From the NCBI GenBank assembly GCA_024704765.1, contig JAKMXF010000299.1, forward strand, positions 372,001 to 436,000: a stretch of 64,000 nt of DNA, in the 5' to 3' direction. Position 1 is the first letter of the stretch. Every line of letters begins with the position of its first letter. The translations under genes were made by a program, and so were the position numbers. The DNA comes from Oopsacas minuta. Lineage: Eukaryota > Animalia > Porifera. Below the pieces are notes generated by a model. The model made no database searches. It was not told the origin of the DNA and saw only the letters and a program-made list of their open reading frames with translations. Of this stretch, positions 46,601 to 56,382 are shown in pieces.

Positions 46601-49030
46601 GTAACACAGCATGGAATTGAGTTACGTCAAATTGTACCTGACCTTTGTAATTTCATTTTCAATACTCCGTTAGAGTTTAAATTGAGAGAATTCGCTACAC
46701 AGGAACAAGCCCGTGAATGTGAGAAGGAAATTCAGCTTGTTGTCAATGCATTTATAACTCTAACAATAATAGCAGAAGATCTCAATCAAGAACTTATTCA
46801 AGAGTTAGATTTCCTCGTAATAGTTCAATGCTTGAAGTCTAACATAACTACATTACGTCATATCACATCTAAAGCTCTAGTCGCGGTTATTAACACTTCA
46901 CTACACACATATATGCCCCAAGTCTGTGACAGCATTCTACCCTTGTTATCCGATATGACGTCATTACCTTCTAGGCAGGGTGCTACTGAATTTATGTCTA
47001 TACTCATAATATCGCAGAAATTGAATCTCTTGCCTTACATTAGCATTATATTCCTTCCTATTCTAGCTCTCATTATTGATCAGAATGAAGAGATACGTAG
47101 AATTGCATCTCACTCACTTTCTCATATAATCGAATACATTCCACTTGAACCAACTGATCACCAGGTTAAACTTGTTTCCAAAGAATTAACAGAAACATGC
47201 TTGCAATACAAACAATTTACTAATCAACTACTCGACCCCAGTCAAATTGAAGATGTAGAATTGAATGAGTGTGTTGATGCTGAGCTGCGACCTTACCAGC
47301 AAGAGGGAGTTAATTGGCTAGCTTTCCTATACAGATACAAACTGAATGGCATTCTTTGTGATGATATGGGTTTAGGTAAAACTGTACAAACACTGTCAAT
47401 ATTATCATATGTCAATCAAAAACGTTTGAATGAGAATATATACTTACTTCCCTCGCTTGTCATATGTCCACCTACAATAGCAGGACACTGGGAGATGGAA
47501 GTGAAAAAATTTTGTCATCAACCGTTTCTAACAAGCTTGGTATATTTAGGCATGCCACATACCCGATTACGCATACGTAATGATCTCACACAATTCAAGG
47601 GGTTAGTCATATCCTCATATGATATAGTACGTAATGATATTGATTTCCTTAAAACTATTTATTGGGATTATATCGTTCTGGATGAAGGCCATATTATCAA
47701 AAATACTAAAACGAAAATATCAAAAGCTGTTAAGGAATTGATCGGACATCACAAATTAATTCTCAGTGGTACGCCGTTACAAAATTCAGTATTAGAACTT
47801 TGGTCATTGTTCGATTTTCTTATGCCAAGTTATCTTGGTAGTGAAAGGAATTTCAATGATAGTTTCAGTAAACCTATATCAAATAGTCGCGAATCTAAAA
47901 GTTCTTCAAAAGAGCAAGAAGCTGGTATGATTGCTCTCGAATCTTTACACAGTAAAGTATTACCGTTTATATTAAGAAGAACCAAGGATGAGGTTTTGAA
48001 GGAATTGCCTCCAAAGATTATACAAGATATTTACTGCAAACTTTCTCCCTTACAAGAGTTAATATATGAAGCGTTTTCTCATACAACAGGTAATGAACAA
48101 ATCCGTGCTTTGGTAGATGACACACAACCAGCGGAGAATATAGAAAAACAATTCAATCACTCAAAGAAATCTCATATCTTTCAAGCTCTCCATTATCTTC
48201 GTAAAATTTGTAATCATCCTACGCTGGTATTGGATAATTCTAATTACCAAATAAATATTGATATTGATAAATGGTTGAATGAACAAAACACAACACTAGA
48301 CGATATTACACACTCATGTAAACTCGTTACAGTAAAACAGTTGCTAATAGACAGTTGTAATAGCATTCACTCGCATAATACGGAAACGTTTATTCCATCT
48401 CTTTCACAGCATAGAGTATTAATATTCTGTCAATTAAAACAGATGCTAGATCTGATACAAAATATGATCAGTAAGGATCTACCTCAACTCTCGTTTCTTC
48501 GTCTTGATGGTAGTATCAATGTAGCTAACAGAATGGATATAGTGAACAGATTCAATTCAGATCCTTCTATTGACATTCTACTGCTTACAACTCATGTAGG
48601 AGGTCTGGGATTAACACTAACAGGAGCTGATGTGGTTATTTTTGTTGATCATGATTGGAATCCAATGAAGGACTTACAAGCGATGGATCGTGCACATCGT
48701 ATTGGACAGAAAAAAGTCGTGAATGTGTACAGACTTATTGCACAAGGTACATTAGAAGAAAGTATTATGGGTTTACAGAGGTTTAAAATGAAAATCGCGA
48801 ACACAGTGATTACTGAAGATAATTTGAATCTCAATAAAATGAGTAATCAAAACATGCTAGGTCTATTCAACAGCAATAAAGATTCAAACAAACAAATTTC
48901 TACCATGACTGGGAAAGGTTCGAAGTCAATGTTAGATAATTTACAAGAATTATGGGATGAAAGTGAATATCGTGAAGAATATGATATAGCTAATTTCATA
49001 TCATCTCTCCCATCAAATTCTAATGATTAA
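43604..49030 (+). CDS. BTAF1: TBP-associated SNF2-family ATPase BTAF1/Mot1
   Basis: N-terminal SKLDNLFCLLDTGSNSSIRKAAADQIGE and WETRIAA, HEAT-like region, LRPYQQEGVNWL, GILCDDMGLGKT, VLDEGH, SGTPLQN, QAMDRAHRIGQKKVVNVYRLI. ATG at 43604; one uninterrupted ORF of 1808 aa. Confidence 0.97.
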   Translation: MSSTMLEDKSTKVLSKLDNLFCLLDTGSNSSIRKAAADQIGEIQKYHPSELNSLLPRVKKYLHSNTWETRIAAAHALHAIIINVPHTELFDSSGATPNLSLFSLETFDICQILNHGIPLLGSAGNEYAYESSNTCTQEVVTGTTELNKIQLEKRLGLVASGKVFSTGLEGLFDADDFTIHEDQTQESASTEDPAVPIHSDSEPMVLDTPSTSSLSVREKAQLKRKSRLLARQHNKRSPTNNISQESECLSKLKTDKNESVAKRVKLEPSNNTNEPDDVIQTDITQNTSISPTPQLEARNTNEWPFIQFCEGSCLDLFSPQWEIRHGSALGLREIIKVHKSDSVNSCPQWLEDAAIHFICVLTLDRFADYVSDEVVAPVRETCAQALGLLSLHHSNEQLSQIVSILIQLISQDKWEIQHGGLLGLKYILATRPDLASLLLSKSLPHVLSHLLNDSADDVRASAAAALKLGVEYILTLEGAELSPVLKALNHCLEDLDDLSVSTTNVLDILSVLFLKRQDCIQLLEAMIQVDIWELIQKVMRFTPHILHSVRKCSVLTLKSLIQIALSQHYALNIELLTRLVNLCFEHAVLDPMEQFHQLFADLWETCLSMLDADFANQLYQKLYLNWVKLLVIPAQNPVTLEYLSSEFSLSNDTYSTLRGDLIYLGGASLIELASEQEEKAMRARELGSKCLSYFFTKLSGEFQRKLFGTLIQMASSIVAQEILCSILIYSILPNKNILDNCVTENEELIQILTSKLEGETMYSELYPVLDKLIQQQKICFTNLSSCDLLKNSDLFLDNFTIDTAFKLLNHYNTLKQGLDQEVRDKLALPFQDLEDAANTFKQEYETLQTRVCGQIVSVLILISDLPVRLNPFIRPLMDCIKREPLTFFQSKAAISLAILLRKCSTRTPSPNSKIVKNLSMWVTIACKEKPFIIPVFPENLDWNWKDSIFLNHQLFQEEKEVKRGRGHPKTVNLAALTQIHEKTPQFIQQRGAEYSLKEIVTQHGIELRQIVPDLCNFIFNTPLEFKLREFATQEQARECEKEIQLVVNAFITLTIIAEDLNQELIQELDFLVIVQCLKSNITTLRHITSKALVAVINTSLHTYMPQVCDSILPLLSDMTSLPSRQGATEFMSILIISQKLNLLPYISIIFLPILALIIDQNEEIRRIASHSLSHIIEYIPLEPTDHQVKLVSKELTETCLQYKQFTNQLLDPSQIEDVELNECVDAELRPYQQEGVNWLAFLYRYKLNGILCDDMGLGKTVQTLSILSYVNQKRLNENIYLLPSLVICPPTIAGHWEMEVKKFCHQPFLTSLVYLGMPHTRLRIRNDLTQFKGLVISSYDIVRNDIDFLKTIYWDYIVLDEGHIIKNTKTKISKAVKELIGHHKLILSGTPLQNSVLELWSLFDFLMPSYLGSERNFNDSFSKPISNSRESKSSSKEQEAGMIALESLHSKVLPFILRRTKDEVLKELPPKIIQDIYCKLSPLQELIYEAFSHTTGNEQIRALVDDTQPAENIEKQFNHSKKSHIFQALHYLRKICNHPTLVLDNSNYQINIDIDKWLNEQNTTLDDITHSCKLVTVKQLLIDSCNSIHSHNTETFIPSLSQHRVLIFCQLKQMLDLIQNMISKDLPQLSFLRLDGSINVANRMDIVNRFNSDPSIDILLLTTHVGGLGLTLTGADVVIFVDHDWNPMKDLQAMDRAHRIGQKKVVNVYRLIAQGTLEESIMGLQRFKMKIANTVITEDNLNLNKMSNQNMLGLFNSNKDSNKQISTMTGKGSKSMLDNLQELWDESEYREEYDIANFISSLPSNSND

Positions 49031-50791
49031 TTTGAGTTATTGTTTTACTTGCTGTTCTTGCTCAATGATCATTTCACATGTAGCTAGCATAGCATGCTAT
49101 GTATCTCCACCAGTTTAATTTCGAAATACATATAATAATACTCCATATGTTTAATTCCTAGTATTGGTAGATTTTATGAAAGACAAACAAGGGAAATAAT
49201 ATCTACAGTGGGACTAGAACTTCGTTAATACCAACACAGTTTATGTGAATTTACAGATAAGGAGAATACGTTTGTTTATGTAAATATATTCGCCAAATTT
49301 CGCGTACAAGGATGGAAAATTTTTTTCTTATATATATGGCAATAGAATTATTTAATCTCATTCTTCTGGTGATTTTAGTTTTTTCCGAATATGAAAATAC
49401 TTGAGAAGAGTGTCCACCACTAATAATATGAATATCAATTGGTATGATGCCAAGGCAAAATAGGATTTGTATACTTATATATATCGTGATAAGATTTTCA
49501 TTTTGCTTTCTAAATAACTTAGCTTGCTTAAGTTGGCCCAACTTTGTTATTTGCTACAAAGATGGATAAGATAGTGTACGTATAAAATGGCCCACTGCTT
49601 ATATTTATATTAATATTCTATACTATATGTCTTGTATTTACTTAATAGGCTCGTGGATACATTATCAGGTCTGTCGATTGAACAAATTACTTTAATTTAT
49701 AATAATAAATCAGAGAAAAATGACTCAGATCAGATAATATATTCCCGATTCTTGTCAATAAATCAAGAAAAAATTCGTCGTGTTAGAATTATTGTGTAGA
49801 ATTGTTTTGAAATCATTAATTTAGTTTAGACAAATTACATAACTTTCTACCTTCCCGTTGCCAAGGCCAAGAAATATGTCCAATGTCCTATTTTTGAGCT
49901 CAATTATCACGATTCTAATGATTAATTATTTACAACTTATGAATAGCAATCAAATCTATCAGTAATATTTCCCCTTTTATTTCTGATTATGTATTGCTTT
50001 ACTTATGTAATTAAAAGAATTTGACAGAGCCTATCAATATATTTTCTCTTTACAATACTATTTAATGAGGGTAGCTACTTTGATATTTCCTGATGTAATC
50101 TTTGGTATTTTCCCCCTTTTGATTTTATCATTAATCTGTTAAAGAAGTATTTTGAGAATTTAGTTCCGAATTAATATGGACATCACGATTACATAAGAAT
50201 TATTCCCCAATTCTTTTGTGAAACTTATAAATTTTGTCTTGTATGCATGTCCCCTCCAATTGATATTAGTAATATATATTATGGACAAATATCATCCATC
50301 ATATTTGTATTATATCATCTAATCAATTTGGCCCTTATCATTCTAGAAAAGTGTATTTAGGTAATTTAAATTTCCATTAGAAATTTTGCTCAGGGAGATT
50401 TCCAAACAGATGCTACATCAATCAAATAATATGGACTGTTTCCACATTGAAACACTTTATTTGAATCATGCTTGTATACGTTACTCCAACTAAGCTAATT
50501 TATCCATCTCTAGAAGTAATAATTCACTTTATAATACTCTAGCAGAAATTGCAAGTATACATTATTCATTTACTAAAGAGATTCAGCATTTTATTGTCAC
50601 AAGCTTTTATTCCAAGTTATTAACCAACTAAGATTCCATTCAACATGTCTAGTTTACGACTGAATCCTTGTTTGTGTACAGTGAACTAGCAAAGCCTTAA
50701 TATTCATAAAACCACTCAAACGAATGGCTGTGTATGTATTTATACTTGATCGCTTTGAAATCCTCATTAACAATAATTGTTATTTCCCAAA

Positions 50792-51394
50792 ATGCATTTA
50801 TCCATCCTCTTCATAATTCTTTCTTTATCACTACCAGTAGTTGTATCCAAACAATGTGAGTATATTACTGATTGTACGGGTGTACCCATACACAATGAAA
50901 GTATTTATGTTCGTTGTTATGACGGTCAATGTCAATGTAAGACAGATGACTATTGTTTCCAATACACTCCAGATTCTGACTACCCCTGTACAATACTGAA
51001 GGTTTGTAATGAGTATTCTCATACGACAGATACTTGTACTAATCCTAACGGTTATGACTGGAGAACTGCATTTATATTATCTCTGCTTCTGAGTGGGACT
51101 GGGGCTGCTAATTTCTACATTAACAGATACGAACTAGCAGTACCGCAGTTATTCCTACTGACTCTAGCATTTGTTTTGCAAGTAACTATTATTTGTATCC
51201 GTTTGTGGGCAAGAAAGAAAAAAGTTGACGAGGATGGTTTTTTGTGCGTAATGTGTTGTTCAGCAATGATACTCACAATTATTTTACTAGTTATTGTATT
51301 AACGTCAGTAACTTGGTGGATTGTAGATACCGTATTGATATATCTTAATCAGAGGTTAGATGGTAATGGATGTCATCTGTCAAAATCATCTTGA
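50792..51394 (+). CDS. TM2-domain membrane protein with signal peptide and Cys-rich ectodomain
   Basis: Signal peptide MHLSILFIILSLSLPVVVS, a Cys-rich segment, TM2 signature GYDWRTAFILSLLLSGTGAANFYIN, and a final helix WWIVDTVLI. ATG at 50792. Confidence 0.75.
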   Translation: MHLSILFIILSLSLPVVVSKQCEYITDCTGVPIHNESIYVRCYDGQCQCKTDDYCFQYTPDSDYPCTILKVCNEYSHTTDTCTNPNGYDWRTAFILSLLLSGTGAANFYINRYELAVPQLFLLTLAFVLQVTIICIRLWARKKKVDEDGFLCVMCCSAMILTIILLVIVLTSVTWWIVDTVLIYLNQRLDGNGCHLSKSS

Positions 51395-53362
51395 TGATCT
51401 GATCCGATTATTTGTTTGTTTGCTTGTTACTATATTATCCTATTTTGTGTTTTGTATTTCCTTGTTTACTAGCTCTTCTCATAAATTGAACCCCCCTCTT
51501 CTTGATAACGAAATTACCGTATGTCCCAGGATAAGCGCAGGGGCTAGAAAATAGCTCAAAAACCTGTGAATAAATTTTTATCACCACACTCTAGAAGGAT
51601 ATTTTCGTTGAGAGTTATGCCACACTTGTTCATGCTGCAAATTAGGATAATTAGTTTCCCAAAATCTTCCTTCGAATATTCGCTAACTTCAAAAAATTGA
51701 ATTATTGCAATCTGCCAGGTTTTAGTATTATTCAAATTAATATTGATATTTTTTATTGACCAACTTTATTGATATATAAATCTATAGAATTTCTTATCAG
51801 AGTAATGTATCATATTTTCTTATGTTCTACGTAACCAAATTAGGGATGTGTCTGAACTGACAAATATTATTATCCATTGTAAAATTTGCTAACATTATTA
51901 ATGCACACCCAGCAGATTATTTATTTGTGCGTCTTCTGCAATCTACTGATTCGTGAACAGCAAACTTTTGTTTATGCGAAGAAATACGACCTTACCAATC
52001 CGAGAAGTTTCTCGTGAAACACTTGAATTCACATTCAATACATATTCGATAAAGGTTAATTACTGGTAATTTCAAACGGGTCTTATGTATACGAATTGCA
52101 TATTATGTTAGCATTTGATAATCCTAGTTTGCAAATACATTGCTTGTCCTAAAAAATAAATATACTTTCAAAAATCAGCTATCAGTAATTAGTAGAATTT
52201 CTGGGATATTTTTGGTTAGCAGAAATTTTGCTTATAATTAACATTACTGTATTGAACAATAGCATACTTAATTAATAAGTATACTCCTTGTTGGCAATAC
52301 TTGTTGACTGAAGTAATATTCAATACTCAATTATGTTGAAAAAGCAATGAAAAGGACACATTTAATATGGATTATGCAGTTATTGCAGTTTTATAGCTCA
52401 CTTATCGTTTGTAAATAGAACGAAACGACAAATTGCTCCATGCTATATACGCATTGAATTTAAGAGTCATATATGCGTATATGTATATTTTCAAATTCTA
52501 CTTACATTTTTGTTATTTAGTTATCTATAGTATTGACTATTTAGACATTCTATGATATATAATTGTATGGATATTCGATAGAAATTGGAAATATTCTCAT
52601 ATTCCCTATTAAAATAAAACTTCCTAATGTAGGTTCACAAATTAGCTTTTTGAGCTTCAAATTCACTGATCTATTAAATCTGAGATTTTCTATTATTTTT
52701 TCCCATATTTTTACAAAATTAATATATGAAATCGAATGTATATCATTCTAATGAATAATACCTCGTATTGATATGATTTAATGCTCAGTCAATACATCAG
52801 TCGTATTACAAAAATCCAATATTGAATGATTAAAATTGCCTTGATTGGATAATAACAAACTCATTCTATCATCTATTTTACTAGCTTACATTGAATAATA
52901 TCATTCAAATGTAATAATATGTGATTTCATATATTTATGCAATAAATACAGTCATTAAAATGGGACAGATTATCTCATAAATTATCAGTTAATGTTTTTC
53001 TATTCGACCTAACATTTTAACTATTGCAATCTGCTATTACATGTTGCAATAATAGTTTACATAAACACTCATGTATTATCCAATTGGTAATCATAATAAA
53101 AGATAATTTCCCGAATTACGTTCTCTTATCCAACATTGTTCAATGATACGTTTCATTCATTCTACGCATAGTTAACCAACTGAGTATATGATTTAAACTA
53201 CATAATCCCCATGTACAATTAGTGCTTAATTTCATGCTATATAATAAATAAATTTCCCCCGAATTATGTGTATAAATACATAATGCATTCTAAAAATTCA
53301 CAACAATGCATTATTTGGCAGATTAGCCCAAACAATTACCAACCCATAACAAATATCTCTCC

Positions 53363-54358
53363 ATGCAGGCTGCAATACTCTTAAAGGTTAGGGAACATGA
53401 GAAAGTTACCATAGGCAGGAACACGGTTGACATTCCTTCAAATAAGATACAAATAAACTCACAGTTCATATCATCTAGACACTGCCAATTAATACCAGAA
53501 GATGGTCGTCTTATTTTAACAGACAGCAGTCGGAATGGCACATGGGTAACAAGCACGAATTCCCGAAGTTTATTATCTCCTGATTCTAAGGTGTCCAGTC
53601 CTTCTTCCCATATAAAATCGATAAATTGCATTCATAATACTACAATATCATTGGATCCGAATACATACATAATATTCATTCCACCAACCTTGTGTAAGGT
53701 TTCTAGCGAGACAGTTGGCCTCTATTTCACAGGATTGGATCCTACTCGCGAATTCTACCACCTAGAATGCATTAAACTCAATACAATGCTTGCCAATAGA
53801 CAGTTAATGACATTCTTCAGCCACATGGGATTTGGTAAGGACCATTGTTACATGATAAGCAGTACTATATTAGCGAGTAATGATTTGGCTAAACAACCTC
53901 GTAAAAGATTGCATGAAGAGATTATTGTAAAAGATTCTAAAATGAATTCTAATGGCTTTAGTGATGATGCTATAGATTGTAAAACGTGTAAATTTGAAGG
54001 TAAAGAATTAGTTGAAACATCTCCTAAAGATTCAGAAAATACTCCTCCTTCGAAATCTGTGAAGATAGATTTAGAACAATGCCAATTCTGCCTGCTAGAT
54101 TTCCAAGTAACTGAATTGCCAGAACATTGTGTAAGTTGCAAGATAGAAACAGATAAGTTAAAGTTTGGTGAAATGACTGACAAATCTTCTCATGGTAAAA
54201 TCATTAAGGAAAAGTCTTTAGAAATATGTATCAAGTGCTTTAAAGAATTTCCCATAGCTGAGTTAATACAACACAATGAGAATTGCAAAGTAAGTTTAAG
54301 AGAGAAATCTTCAACTATTAGGATACCATTAACAAGGCTTAATTCTAGCCCCTTTTAA
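53363..54358 (+). CDS. FHA domain plus two C-x2-C-x11-H-x3-C (UBZ4/RAD18-type) zinc fingers; probably spliced at 54289 to downstream exons
   Basis: FHA motifs IGR, ISSRH and NGTWV. Fingers CQFC...HCVSC (54080-54139) and CIKC...HNENC (54227-54286). A consensus donor AAA|GTAAGT at 54289/54290 sits one codon after the last Cys. TCTCTCCATGCAG around the ATG could also be an acceptor, so an upstream exon is possible. Confidence 0.75.
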   Translation: MQAAILLKVREHEKVTIGRNTVDIPSNKIQINSQFISSRHCQLIPEDGRLILTDSSRNGTWVTSTNSRSLLSPDSKVSSPSSHIKSINCIHNTTISLDPNTYIIFIPPTLCKVSSETVGLYFTGLDPTREFYHLECIKLNTMLANRQLMTFFSHMGFGKDHCYMISSTILASNDLAKQPRKRLHEEIIVKDSKMNSNGFSDDAIDCKTCKFEGKELVETSPKDSENTPPSKSVKIDLEQCQFCLLDFQVTELPEHCVSCKIETDKLKFGEMTDKSSHGKIIKEKSLEICIKCFKEFPIAELIQHNENCKVSLREKSSTIRIPLTRLNSSPF

Positions 54359-55393
54359 GTATATTGTATATGGTGTTTGGTTATAAGTACATGCAAGCTT
54401 CTGCACAAAAAGCAAGCTGCTGCAATATTTAGCGCACATAAATATTATAAATAATTATTCGTATTTTTTCTATGCTTACTATGAAACACAGTAAATTGCC
54501 TATATTAAATCGTAAATTCCTTTAATAGCTTAAAGTATTACTAATATATTAATGAGTTAATATTAAGCGGGTGCTAACTGCTGGACACGGTGAACGTAAT
54601 TTGATATAGTTTGACTCATATACTGCAGTAATATAATACTATTCTGCAGTTATATCTGATATAAACGTGTGGGATTAGAGATATGGAGTTGTATTTCGTA
54701 GCTAATTCTGTTTTTGTATTGCATAATTTCGTTAGAATTTATTTTAACTGGCAAAGCAAGGCTTGGCCATACTTGATCAAATCTGGGCTTCACATTAAGC
54801 AAAAAGTAAGAATAATTTTAAATCTCTGTGATGGCAGTGGGGTAGACACGTATGATCAATTTTAAATGAGAAGATGTTGAGATTCCAAAAAGTGAAGTTC
54901 TCTGTTAATATTGCAAAATTTGAAAGACATTAATCCTTTAGTTTATAGTGAGACTTGTTTATGAATCATTTTCCCTGACAGAAAATTTCTTTTTCTATCA
55001 GGAGGAATCATGTTAGATCTCCAAAGTTTTTGATGCTGAATTTGAGACTCTGATTACACAAACCTTGCAATTTTAGTCATGGAATATTTGTATAATTATT
55101 ACCGCACCACAGGGAGGTAATTTCAAATGCCATTATGCAATATATAACAACTTATCACATTGTCATTGACATTTCCGATTGCTTTATCGTTAGTGTTCAG
55201 ATTCTCAATGGTGAGATTTGAAATATTACATATACAATTTTACAATTTACCAATTTGAACGGTGATAATTATTTCAATGTAAACTGAATCGACACGTAGA
55301 CCCGATGAAATTTTCTTACTTTGACGGTTCGGGACCATATTTGTACAATTTCAGACTTCGATATATCCGTGTTCGATTTAACGTGAGTTGACT

Positions 55394-56167
55394 GTAGAGT
55401 GTACAGTGTACAGTGTACAGTGTACAGTGTAGAGGGTACAGTGTAGAGTGTAGAGTGTAGAGGGTAGAGGGTAGAGTGTAGAGGGTAGAGTGTGGAGTGT
55501 AGAGTGTAGAGGGTAGAGTGTAGAGTGTAGAGGGTAGAGGGTAGAGTGTAGAGGGTGGAGTGTAGAGTGTAGAGGGTAGAGTGTAGAGTGTAGAGGGTAG
55601 AGTGTAGAGTGTGGAGTGTAGAGGGTAGAGGGTAGAGGGTAGAGGGTAGAGTGTGGAGTGTAGAGGGTAGAGGGTAGAGTGTGGAGTGTAGAGGGTAGAG
55701 GGTAGAGTGTAGAGTGTAGAGGGTAGAGGGTAGAGGGTAGAGTGTAGAGTGTAGAGTGTAGAGGGTAGAGGGTAGAGTGTAGAGTGTAGAGTGTAGAGTG
55801 TAGAGTGTAGAGGGTAGAGTGTAGAGTGTGGAGTGTAGAGGGTAGAGGGTAGAGTGTAGAGGGTAGAGTGTAGAGGGTAGAGTGTGGAGTGTAGAGGGTA
55901 GAGGGTAGAGTGTAGAGGGTAGAGTGTAGAGTGTAGAGGGTAGAGTGTAGAGGGTAGAGTGTGGAGTGTAGAGTGTAGAGGGTAGAGTGTAGAGTGTAGA
56001 GTGTAGAGGGTAGAGTGTAGAGGGTAGAGTGTAGAGTGTAGAGGGTAGAGTGTAGAGTGTAGAGTGTAGAGTGTAGAGTGTAGAGGGTAGAGTGTAGAGG
56101 GTAGAGTGTAGAGGGTAGAGGGTAGAGGGTAGAGTGTAGAGGGTAGAGGGTAGAGGGTAGAGTGTAG
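55394..56167. repeat. 7-bp minisatellite, about 110 units (GTAGAGT, GTAGAGG, GTGGAGT, GTACAGT variants)
   Basis: Directly visible tandem array. It explains the repetitive minus-strand ORFs (TLYTLHS/TLYPLPS). Confidence 0.97.
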
Positions 56168-56382
56168 TTTTTAAAGGCATTAAAGTAAATATGAATCATA
56201 TTTTAAAACTAGAAATTGTTTTATTAAATCTAAAAGTATAAATCCCCCAGGGGTTGAGATAGAGATGTCAACTGTATTCGTGAGTGTTTAAAATAGGTTA
56301 CATTTTGCTGTATACAATGTCTTGAGATATTCCCCACATAGGCAATGAATACGAATACAAATTAATTGCTTATCCTCAATAG

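Noticed and set aside
511-48834. Short antisense and alternate-frame ORFs overlapping real genes (for example 511-771, 4822-5256, 12909-13220, 37176-37436, 44149-44502)
   Set aside because: They are shadow frames of coding sequence with no motifs.
55269-56199. Two long minus-strand ORFs (303 and 273 aa) of TLYTLHS/TLYPLPS repeats
   Set aside because: They are translations of the 7-bp minisatellite, whose minus strand lacks stop codons; there is no evidence of coding function.
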